Origin: Lytechinus pictus | Taxonomy: Eukaryota | NCBI RefSeq assembly: GCF_037042905.1 | Contig: NC_087250.1 | Span: forward strand, 15,068,001 to 15,132,000 | Reading direction: 5' to 3' | DNA length: 64,000 bases | Shown here: positions 36,781 through 47,900 of the stretch, piece by piece | How positions within the stretch are numbered: position 1 is the stretch's first letter | Layout: each line of letters opens with the position of its first letter | The notes under the pieces: generated by a model | What the model was told of the DNA's origin: nothing | What the model saw: only the letters and a program-made list of their open reading frames with translations | The model's database searches: none | Made by a program: the position numbers and the translations under genes

Positions 36781-37184
36781 CTCGATCGCATCCTTCTCCA
36801 CCAGTGCGGCTATCTCGGCTGCGATGTATTGTTGGTGGAGGGTGGAGGTAGGCGGAGAGGCCATGCGAATCGTGCCGTGCGGGAAGGCTTCTATATCTAT
36901 AAAGAAGCCGTCTCGCGGAGAGGAAATAACGGAGACGTCCCCTACCGTGCCCGTCGCTCGGGGCAGTCTGTCAAACAGACTGCTTTGATTTGGGCGGTGC
37001 TCTCGGAGCGGACTGCCCGCCTCTGCTTCTGCCCCTGCCTCCCCGCTGGCCTCGTGCAGACTGTGGGTTGCGAACCGGCGGTGCGGGAGCCCGGGAACGC
37101 CTTCGGGCAACCGCGGAGCGGGTTTGGGGTTGCATCCTCGGAGCAGACGGCTTCCTTGCCGGGGGAGCCGTCGGGCGCACAGGT

Positions 37185-38811
37185 CTAAGTTCCTTGACGA
37201 GCTCGGAAGCCTGCTTGCGGCCCTCTATCTCCTCCTTGAGGAGAGAGGCCGCTTCTCCCCTGAAGAGGAACTTGACTGGGGTATGCCTGGAAGGAAATTT
37301 CGTCCAAGACGACGGCGTCGCTGATTGACACCCCCAGTTCCACTGCCTGAGCTCGGAGGGCCATTAAGGCTTGCAGCTCGTAACCTGTGTCTTCCTTCTC
37401 TAGCGCACGAAACTGCCCGGTAGAGAAGTGGACCCCTAGCCTCGCCCCGATGCGGTCGAGTTCGGGGGAGAAGGACTTGGGCGTAAAAAACGCCTCCGTG
37501 TCCTCCGCGGCAAATTTGAATTTCTTGCCGGAGGTTTTATGCCTCTTGTTCTTAGCCGTTGGGGCGCTGGCTAAGGCGGCTGCTTTATCGAATGTTGCCT
37601 TAAAGTCCTTGGTTAGTTTTATGCCACCCGAGCTCTGAGCTGTCGGGGCAAAAAACAAGGACTCATCTGCCTCCTTATCATGCTCACTAGGATAGATATG
37701 AGGCAGGTAATTCTCCAGTAGCGCCTGAGCGCTCACCGAAGGGTCAGCGGAGGATTGGGGATCACCCTCGTAATGATCGTCTCCATAAGACTCTTCAAAC
37801 GACGAGTCATGCTCCACGGCCTGCTCCGGGAGGTTGTCCCATTGACAAGTCTCCTCTCTCGATGGAGCTCCGAGAGCCGCAGGTGCCACGCTGCCTCTCG
37901 GCCGGCTCTCGGAGAGACGGGGGGGGGGGGGGGGGGGCCCGTCAACAGCGCGTGTCGAATCGAACACGCGTTTCTGAGGTACCAGGCTAGCCGGTACTCG
38001 AGCCGGTGATTCGGGTGAATCACTGGAGGATCCCCGGGGTGCTTGGCGGCTACTGTCAGCTTGCCTCGCTAGGTGCTCGGGGACACCAGCGGAGGAGACT
38101 GACGGTGAGCGTGGGGGGTAACCACACTGCTCGAAAGCAGATTGGAGCAACGTGAATAGTTGAGCCATCTTGCCACTGGCACAAGCGTCAGAAAGAGGAT
38201 TGCCCGGGGTACTGGGGCTTACCGCCTTCTTTTTTGACCGCTTCTTCTTTTTTGCGGGCTCCGCCGGCGTGGCCGGAGCAGAAGAAGGTACAAGAGGCGC
38301 GGGTGATCTTTTACGACTTGCTGACCCTGGCGGGACGGCGACCAATGAGGATGCCTCACCCGAATCTGACGGGGTCAGATTGTGTTGCCTCTCACGGTCA
38401 GGGGCTGGCAGCTCTTTGCCGAAACTCCCAGTTAAGGAAGATTCTGACGGCATCAAGCCTGACCTGTGCCGGGCGGAGAGCACCGCACTCTCCTCCCGGA
38501 CTTTTGGTGACCCTGTAGCCGGTGGATCGATCAGCCCTAGGGGTAATGATGAGGTCATAGCTGCATCAGAACCCTGGTTTGGTTTAGGCCTGGCGGCCTT
38601 GGCTACCACCTTCTTTTTCGAACGGGACCGTGGCGCCACGGTCCCTGCCTTCTTTCTGCCTGCAGTATCTGACCGCAAATTCAGATTACTGCCCATTGAG
38701 ACCTCCGCTGCCGCTGCCGCCGCTGAAGACTGCCAAAATCAAGGCGCTTGGTATCGGATCGATCCCGGCGGCGGGCGCTAGGTCCTCCGGGGGTGGAGCT
38801 GCCCCACTCAT
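37185..38811 (-). pseudogene. DIRS ORF1 (gag-like), frameshifted
   Basis: 503-aa S/P/A/K-rich ORF 37185..38696 upstream of RT; an upstream ATG at 38811 lies in another frame. Assignment is positional. Confidence 0.65.
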
Positions 38812-40997
38812 CAGGCAATTCTCGTAAACCCTGAAAAAACAGAAAACAATTTTTTTTTTTGGGGGGGGGAAACAGAGAAGAAATTTTCTTGTAACCGCCA
38901 CCAATCTAGGAAACACCTAAAAAGGATACCTGAAAGAAATAACACGCTACCCAATGGGTAAGCTGTGTAAAAAAAAAAAAAATTATGTTTGCCTATTTGC
39001 CAAAACAGAAATTTGTTTGTTTGTTTTTGTTTTTTGGCGTAAGCTAGAAAGAGCTGTAAAAACAATTCCGGTAAAGGAAAGGAAAAACAGTGAAAAACAA
39101 ACTGGAAAGACCGGTACGGCCTAAACGTCCTCCTATAAGAAAAAAAGCCGACAGACTTGTCAGAATTTTCTTTATTTTTAATATAGCGCAAAATAATTTA
39201 CAAGGAGGAACAAATTGTAAGTGGAACCGAAAATAGGAGAGACCTAAGAAGACAAACAGTCTAGGTGTCTACCTGCAAATAAGAGAAAGGAATCGACAAA
39301 GTCGAAAAGTTTCTCAGAATTTTTTTATTTTTTTTATCTTATTTTTTTTTAATTAATCAACGATCAATTAAAAACAATCAGAACAAAGAGGCGATTAAAC
39401 GATTTTAATCAACCAGAAAACAATCAACAAGTGATTGAAGAAGCAAGAATTCAACCGGAGTGAATAAAAGCTTAGGAAAATAATTGAAGGCCCCACCTGT
39501 GAAGAAAAAAATTTCAGAGCAGGAAGGGAAGGATATAGGAATTGATTAATTAATTAATCAATTAAATGATTCTCTTAATTAATCAATCCCAGAAGAGCTA
39601 CAATAACATTCCTTCAAGAAAGAAAAGAATTGAAGACTCCGCCTGAAGAAAAAAATTTGGAATAAAAAAATTTCAAAACAGGAAGAAAAATAGGAATTGA
39701 TTATTCGATCAAACAAATAAATGATTCTCTAAATTAATCAATCCCAAAAAGTGCAACAACAACAATCTGATTTAAAAGCAAGCAGAAAGGAAAAGTCGAG
39801 AACAACGTTCCGACAAGAAGCACTTCAAAATTTTAAAGATCAAAGAGATCAAGAAAATTAAGAAAAAGGTGAAGAAATAACACCGTAGAAGGTCAACTAC
39901 AGCTAACAGGCAAACTGTATAACATAAAAGAAAGAATTAATATAATAAAAGAGACGACGTCTGCTCCCCTAACCTGTAGAAAGGCAGGGAACAACCGTGG
40001 CAGAGAGTGGGGTTTGCCACGTTATTACACCGGCGTCTCGCGCAATCACGCAAACAGCGCGACCCAGACAGTAGGGGGGGGGGGGGGACGCCCGCCTACA
40101 GAGAGACGTGTGTCAACGTATAAATGCACAGCCGAGAAGATCGGATAAAGAGTGCAGCAAAAACACACCAAAGCCACGCTGGGTAACAGATTATAACAAT
40201 CTCACACACAATATAGTAAAAAGATTGCAAAAGGGAGATATATGCTTAAAAGATAAGTGAGGAAAATGAACAAAATACAAAAATTTTGAGCGATTTTCAA
40301 GAGCACTTAGCTGATACGTCCTACTCGTAGGCTTGCGAAAAGCAAAGAGGAAGATGGTTGCACATCGCGCGATGTTCTATGGGTAGTAAGCACTAACGGG
40401 AGATGGCGCTATCGCGGAAAAATCTTTGGGAGTACTACTCGGGTATGGCTTGTTCAAGGGCTGGCATAAATCAAGTAGATGTATGCAGTTATTGAAGTAA
40501 ATCAAAATTTGCGAGCGCGCAGTGCGAGCAGAAAATGTTAGTATTCAGACCATAAAACTGACATTTTTACAGAGCATTTTAAAAAATCAATTTGTAAATC
40601 ACACAAAATTATGAAGACTCGATTTCCGTGGTGAAATATGTTTTGTATATTAACATCCAAACTTTATATTTAAGCTCCATATTGAACGAGATATTTAAAT
40701 CACATAACAGGCAATGCAAGCGAGAAGCGCGAGCGATTTTTTTTTATAGTGACATGAAAGTTTATTTTTATTTTCCAAGTATTCCCCATCATCTCATTTC
40801 ATTCACTCGTCTTCTTCCTCTACTTCTTTCTCCTCTCTTTTCCCTCTTTTTTTCCCCTCTTTTTTTACTCCGCCAATAGGGGGGGGGGGGGGGCCCTCGG
40901 CCACCCCCTCCTGGATCCGCCTATGACAGTAGTCATTCATCTTATCTTCTCATTCTGTTTTTTGGTTCTACTTCTTCGCCTCCTTAAAATGGATTAG

Positions 40998-42001
40998 CAG
41001 GGTTCCCAGCCCATCAGGGAAATCAAGGAAATCAGGATTTTTTAAAATACATTTTTCCAGTCAGGGAAAAATCAGGAAATTTGATTGACAATATACCTCA
41101 AATCAGAGGAAAATGCCTCAAATGAGGGCAAAATCAGGGAATTTTGATCTGCCTAAAAGTCGAAAGCACGATAGTCAGTCAGACTCTGTTATATTTTGAT
41201 GCATATCAAAATATAACATCCATTGAATGACAGGTTACGGTGGTTTTATTTAGTGTAGCCTCTTTTACTATAATACAAGAACTGGTACATATAATTAAAA
41301 TAATAATACGTGTATAAAACATGTAATTCACTGCAATAAATGGTGGTGCCAAGCGTCATCACAAGGTTCTACGATACAACATCCAAGGTATCATGAAGCT
41401 TAAACATGAGAAACTGGGAGTGTGTTCAAATAATTTTCAGGGAATTTTTAAACTTCATCAGAAAGCAAGGCAAAAGCGATTTTGTGTCTCGCCCACTTAT
41501 GAAAATAACCAGAAATATCGTGATTTACGAGGGCACGCAACGGAATTGTATCGAAACTTCATTGTGAAATGACTGGGAAGGAATAACACTTGTCATAAGA
41601 GTCTTGCATGTAAACTTTAATGTTGACCTCAAAATGAACTTTAACCATACCATGTGACCTCCCAACACAATAACATGCAGGTCCTCTAAGTACATCTACC
41701 ATCCAAGTTTGGTTGAAAAGTGATTTACGGTTGCAGAGTTATGTGTCATAAGAGAGTCTTGCACGGAAACTTTAACGTTGACCTGAAACTGACCTTTGAC
41801 CTTACCATGTGACATTTGACTGCAGCATAACATGCAGGTCCCCAAGTCCATCTACCATCCAAGTTTGGTTGAAAAGCGACTTACGGTTGTGGAGTTATGT
41901 GTCATAAGGTTTGTGACGGACGGACGACGGACGACATTTGGATCCCTAAGTCTCGCCTTCACCTCTGGTGGGCGAGACAAAAAGAAAAGCTGGAAACCCT
42001 G
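40998..42001. mobile_element. hAT-like remnant (CAGGGTT..AACCCTG) containing a Helentron-like insert
   Basis: Short inverted ends; subterminal AAATCAGGGAA repeats. Confidence 0.5.
41463..41982. mobile_element. Helentron/HINE-like element with two ~155-bp internal repeats
   Basis: GTCTCGCCCAC sub-TIR; terminal GTCTCGCC..GGCGAGAC hairpin followed by an A run; (GACG)n microsatellite. Confidence 0.65.
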
Positions 42002-42500
42002 ATTGGGTAAAGCCAGCCGTAACTATCTACCGTAGATCGTATAGGCCTAAATAGAGGTGGAAGCAGCAAGTTGGGGTCCCATGGCAAGTTTTTTAATGGA
42101 ATACATAAGAAATTAAAACATTGATCTTCTTGACAAACACTAATCCTCCTGGTAAGCACTTTTCAGGTAAACACCGTGTACTCTTGAAACAGGTGTGATA
42201 AACACTCTCCATGCACTCTTGAAGCAGGTATGTTAAACATGCATGCATGTGTGTAATGAAGTTGGACCATAAATCCTTCCGATTTTTTCCGGTAAGCACT
42301 CTCCACTCTTGAAAATAGGTGAGTTAATTAATTTTCACAATTGACCCTTCAAGTGTCTTTTGGTTTCTTTTGTTTTAGAATGACCACTTGAGCCAGCTTC
42401 CGTGGGTACTATATATGTTTGTGTGGGCGTGGATGTGTGTGTAGATCAATGAGATTGTTATTAGGAAGTCCATTCTTTTGTTTTTAGAATGATTCGTTAA

Positions 42501-43084
42501 AGGAGAATGAAACCCTTGAAACCAGCTGAATCCATATCAAAGAGAAAAATCAAAGACACATATTGTTGAAAGTTTGAGGAAGATTGAATGAATAATAAGA
42601 AAGTTATGAGCATTTGAATATTGAGATCACTAATGCCATGTAGATCCTCTCATTGGCAATGCGACCAAGATCTGTGATGTCACACACGTACAACTCCCTC
42701 ATTACTTTAGTACTTATTTCACTTATATTCTCACTTTTACAGAGTCTATCACAAGGTGAGGTGTTCTCTTTATGAGAGGACAAGTACAGAGGTTTCACAA
42801 CATTATATCATTGATGAATCGTTTGTCATATGATTAGAATGAGCAAAAAGAGATGTTTTGGGGTATATTTTCAATGTCCAAAAGGGGAGAGTTGTTCATC
42901 TGTGACAGCATAGATCTTGGTCGCATTGCCAATGGGAGGATCTCCATAGCATTAGTGATCTCGACATTCAAATGCTCATAACTCTTCTATTGCTAGTCCT
43001 ATTTTACTCAAACTTTTGTTGATCTTATTCTTTGATTTTTATGCTTTCACAAAAGCTAACTTGATCCAAGAGTTTCATTCTCCT
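42501..43084. mobile_element. Kolobok-like MITE
   Basis: TTAA|AGGAGAATGAAAC..GTTTCATTCTCCT|TTAA with long inverted arms. Confidence 0.85.
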
Positions 43085-43177
43085 TTAAAGGGAGGGGGCA
43101 TCTGAGCCATATACCTGGGGATCTGTAATCAACCACTTGACTTTCTTGAGTGGTGTGATCATACACGTGCCTGTATT

Positions 43178-43397
43178 GGAGGCGCGATAGCTCAGTCGGT
43201 AGAGCGGGGGACTCGTATTCCGGTGACCCGGGTTCGATTCCCACTTGGTGCGCTAGTGCCCTTTGGTAAGGCATTAATCCTCAGTACCAGGTCCTTCGGA
43301 GGGGACTTTAAGCCGTCGGTCCTCTGGTTGCTTGCTTACAAGCATTCATGCTTTCTTAGCAATCAGGTAAAAAAATCACCACCAATCAATCAATCAA
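43178..43397 (+). mobile_element. tRNA-derived SINE
   Basis: TAGCTCAGTCGGTAGAGC A box, GGTTCGATTCCC B box, SINE-like body, (AATC)n tail. Confidence 0.75.
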
Positions 43398-44543
43398 ACC
43401 TGTTTTGTAATATAGTCCTATCCCTGAGTGTGCCTACATAATGACATAAGGGAATTACATTCCAATAATTATTAGGAGTATTAGGATATGCCATATTTTG
43501 AAATAAGGATCCTGATTGGTCAATTCTGTTTGGCGAGTTCAGGATAAAATGTGTATTGCTTATGAATTTATTTCATAGGGGATAAATGCATTGTCTCAAA
43601 TTTTGTTTTCCAATTTTTATTTTATTTAGGTATTTGTGAACCAAGTCATGCGTTCATCTATGTTTTGTTTGTTTGCCTGATAGGAGAAGACTACATATTG
43701 TCTTGCTTTTAAGAAGTTGCTGCCTCAGTGTTTCTTTTTTATTTTTGTAATATGGTTTGGTTTGGTTATATGTGCCATCTGCAAACCATCCAATTATGCC
43801 CAACCTCATGTGGAGATATGGACAAGACATTCTGGAAAGGGTAAGCTGAGATGTGGATTATTTACCATCTTATAGTAGGTCTTCTACATTTTTAAATTTC
43901 ATTGTTATCTCGGTAGACTTCAAAATACAATTTTGAACAAACGATACAGGAAAAAAATCAAGTGTAGGCTATTTTATTAGTTCAATGCAAAGACACGTGT
44001 AACATACAAATACGATACATCATATATGTATTGATAAAGATAACAATTTATGTCTCATTATCATTGCCAGTAGTTTATTCAATTAATTATGTAGTTGTCT
44101 TTATTTCGGACGTTTTATTTAATTTTGTGAAAGTCTTTATTTCTGCGTTATTTGATGTTAATATCTGACTCTTTAGTTTAATATTATATTTGTTTATTTA
44201 TTTTCACAATCATTGATTTTGGCCCTTATGGCCCACCATATTAAAATGCCCGTTTTCAGACAAAATAATTTCTCCATCGCAAAGGACTTTCCAAAACATG
44301 TTGTTATGAAACATTATCCCTACTCCTTTCGAAGGTGATGAGTGCTTGGAAAAAAGTAAATAGCTTTCTCGTGAAATCTTCTAGAAGACTAGAATATTCT
44401 TCTTACTGCCTCTAAACCGCCTTACTGACGTCAGCAATGATGTCACCGACTGCAGATATAATGTTTGCTACAAATACCGGGTATTTTCGAAGCCACCACA
44501 CAACAATTACAACAATCGATGCGCGGCGTAAACAGGGCAAAGA

Positions 44544-44903
44544 ATGAACTCCACAATGATGAACAACTCGGAAGAATTCGGGCAGCTTAATGACACCTTG
44601 CCCGGAATAGCTGGCGGGAGCGACATCGACTCCGGCATCTACAGGAAACTGAGGATCCTCCTTCTATGGTTCGCGCACATGGAGATCGTCCTGGCAACGC
44701 TCGCCATCGTCTTCGGTTCCGTTGTCCTTATCGTAATCGCAACGCAAAGATCCTTTCACAGTGTTACCCATTACTTTATCGCATCTCTGATGTTGGCTGA
44801 TATGGGCATGGCGGTATGTGTTCTGGTCGAAGGGTGTCTTTTCCTCTCAACCGGCTCTCAGATTTTTACTTCTTGTGGAGGCCTAAACAAATACCTACAA
44901 CAT
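44544..44903 (+). CDS. GPCR exon 1 (N-terminus, TM1-2, start of TM3)
   Basis: ORF 44544; donor GTAAGA at 44904. Confidence 0.85.
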
Positions 44904-47900
44904 GTAAGAAATCTCATTTTTTAAAAACAATTCTTAGCTTTCTTTTGTAAGTTCATTTCCTATGTATGGTGAAAGTTGAATTTTTAGAATAAAAAATAAA
45001 AAACAGTTGTAACCATCGTGAAAGATCTAGGAGAAGATAATCCACTAAGGCCTATCATAATGTAAAAAAGGTATATAATTTATGGTTAAGGGTTTTGCTT
45101 CATGTTGCAGGAAAATGACTTCACTTGCATAATAAGGTTGGAACTTTTTTGTTGTTGGTTGCTCGCGAGTCTTTTATTGAACACAGAGTACGTATCTGGC
45201 ATGGCGGCATTGTATTGAGAGACAGATACTGATGAATTGAGAGCTAGTGGCCCTATGGCTCCTGGTCAGGTGTTCGGTCATTGGTGAGTTTGAGAGGTAT
45301 ATCGTGTGTGTGCTGATGATACATTGTTTAAAAACCAAAATTTTACGGGAAAACCCCCAAAGATTTTGCAGAAAGCAATAACAGAATTATTAAGGTCTGG
45401 CAAAAAGGAAAAGTGTGTTTTATTTAAGGAAATATGTAAGGTTCCATACACCAAATACCAATTTCATGTAATTTTACACGGTAAAATGTAAGATTGCGCA
45501 ATCTGGTAAGATTACAGGTGTTCTCGAGACTCTGCTGTAGGAACTTCTTTTTTAAAGATAAATTCTCCAACAGTGTAGGCTGGAAGTGAGTGCCTTTAAC
45601 CAGGGAGGAGGATTTCATTGTGTTTCTGCTGGAACCATTTCATGGCCATGGCTTCCTTGTAGTTGACACGGTGGGTTCTGCCAACACGTCCTTTCCTGTG
45701 CCTCTTGTGGCCACACTGAACCCAGGTCGCCCAAGGACAACGAAGAAGTCCATACCATAGATTCCAGTGCTGGGGTGTCTTGATTCCAAGAGCGATAAGT
45801 TCCTAGATACCAACGCCAAAGTTGCCCTTGCGCAAGTTATACACAGCAAAAACTGCGGTGTTAACCGGTGTAAATAGAGGACCACACCAGTTATTTTACA
45901 CCGGTGTTAAAATGACAGTGTTAGTTTAGCTGCTATAGGTGTTATTACAACACCTTTGGTTGTTACATGTACACTCTTTGGTGTTATATTCAATCTCTAG
46001 GGTGTAATTTTAACACCAGAGGGTGTGATCCTCTATTAATACCAACTGGTGTCAGTTTTAACACCACAGTTTTTACAGTGTACTGCCTGACCTTCAATCC
46101 CTTCTCCAGGATTTCTTCAGCCTTTGGACCGTGATCGAAGGGTGCAATGCACATCGATCTTTTCAATTCCAACGGATGCCAAATGGTTGCACAGTGTAGC
46201 GAACTTTGGAGAAGACCGGCGATTGTCCGGTCAGGGCTTCCAAAACCTTTGCAGCGCGGGTGAGTCTATCACGCACCACTCTCACCAACGCATGTGCTGA
46301 GGCAGAGCTTGAAGATTCGCAGCTCACGCATCACACTGTCCTTCTCCTTGTCTTTTCCGCCCTTGTCCACCATGTTTGATAGAAAGAGCCAAGAGGGTAA
46401 GGACTTAATAATGAAAATAATACTAATAATAATTATACTAGCTTATATAGCGCTTAACACTTACTTTCTCACAAGTCTCTAAGCGCGCTACAGTAATACA
46501 GCATAATACCCTGGCTCCAGCAGAGCAGCTGCTGTTACGCGCGCTGAGTTTCAAGGAATAAATTCCTACCAGGTACCCCCGGGGGGGGGGGGGGGCACTT
46601 ACATTGACGAGTGGATACCATGCGCGACCAAAAAAACACGTAAAAAGGATGTCTTTTTCACGATAGGGCACGTTACGTACGTAACGTGATAAGGGTGTCA
46701 AAAACACAAAAATAATGAAAAAAGGGTATCTATTTCGCTAGGAAAATTACGTGTTTATAGGGTCGAATTTGCGGGGATGATAAAACAAAATTAAAATGTT
46801 TTATAAAGGATGTCCTTTTTGCCCCCAACACTTCGTGTTTAGAGTCCGATTTGCGCGAGATGTAGAAGTTGGGGTCGTACTAAACCAAATAAGGTAAAGC
46901 CGACGACCGAAGGACCCGTAACAATAAAAACATTCCTGTAGGGGTTTAGGGGTTCATTTCAGGGAATATTTGCCAAGAGGATCGTTTTGTTTCCAATACT
47001 TGTTAAGGGTAGGGTTTCACACGCCAATACTTGTTAAGGGGTGCATTTTCAGAATATGGAAATTACGTTTTTAGGGTGCTTTTCGAGACCCCATGGTCGC
47101 GCATGGTATCCACTCGTGAATGGAAGTGGCCCCCCGGGCCAGGTACCTATTCACCTCACCTGGGTCAAATGCAGTACAATGTGGATAAACTTCTTGCTGA
47201 AGTAAAACAGGCCATGGCTTGGAATCGAACCCACGTCCCTCAGATTGAAAGACGAGAGTCATAGTCACTAGACCATGACGCCCCCCTTTATCCCCCTATT
47301 CACGAAAAATGCCTACATCTTTTATCAAAATATTGCATTATCTATATCTTACACTGAGAAGGACAAACATTATTATATTCTTATATTTTTTATGTTATGA
47401 CTTCAGGAGAGTGTTTTATCATTATTTATGTCTGACAAGTTGTCAAATCTGACATCTTTCCTTGATTTTGATTGACTGAGAAGCACTGTTACTATGGTAA
47501 CTGTCGGATAAAACGTCTGACAAGTCCTTCATGAAACGATCCCCTAAACATTCTCGGGCAACTCGTAATGCAGGTCTCTACGAAATGTATTACAAATTTC
47601 GTTTCTTTCTACCTCCATGGTTAAAGTGTCAAATAAATCTCGCTGACACCCTTTTTCTTCCGAATTTCAGAAATAAATTGTGCACTGTATTCGAAAGTTT
47701 ATCCACTTCAAACTACTTTGATTGAATAAATATTCCACTCTTTTAGGTTGTTGTTGTAGTTGGTAGGACCTATTGAGATGGAAAGTTTTTCATTCAATTT
47801 CCATTTCCAACGTTTGATTTTGCACATCTTGATAAAAGCAATAAAACATAATTTATATTGCAAATTTCTACTTACAAACAGTGACAATTATAATAATAAT

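Larger units (their letters stand above)
33781..40502 (-). mobile_element. DIRS1-type tyrosine-recombinase retrotransposon, structurally complete, ORFs frameshifted
   Basis: Inverted terminal repeats (~33825-33965 versus ~40347-40484), internal complementary region 34027-34123, and gag, RT, RNase H, MT and YR coding remnants. Confidence 0.95.
30593..40925. mobile_element. Large non-autonomous element with periodic GCGAGCGCGAAGCGCGAGC motifs; host of the DIRS element and of a 1.6-kb insert
   Basis: CAGGGGTGGATCCAG..CTGGATCCGCCTATG ends; the motif array continues on both sides of the nested inserts; no TSD found. Confidence 0.65.
45145..46397 (-). pseudogene. RPL11: Processed pseudogene of 60S ribosomal protein L11 (uL5); CDS remnant 46373..45596
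   Basis: [19 protein letters not shown] / [22 protein letters not shown] / [15 protein letters not shown] / [19 protein letters not shown] / [13 protein letters not shown]. Intronless, with frameshifts, an in-frame TAG, AATAAA and an A-tail remnant. Confidence 0.92.

Noticed and set aside
36580..38827. Plus-strand ORFs of up to ~200 aa within the DIRS element
   Set aside because: Antisense to GC-rich gag/pol; no recognisable domains.
43178..43255. tRNA gene (also 23174, 24181, 51100, 13316 and 47283)
   Set aside because: A and B boxes are present but continue into SINE bodies and simple-repeat tails without a convincing cloverleaf plus terminator. tRNAscan-SE would settle it.
43630..43841. 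Possible upstream exon of the GPCR (AG acceptors and GTAAGC donor)
   Set aside because: Splice-like signals only, with no coding or other support.
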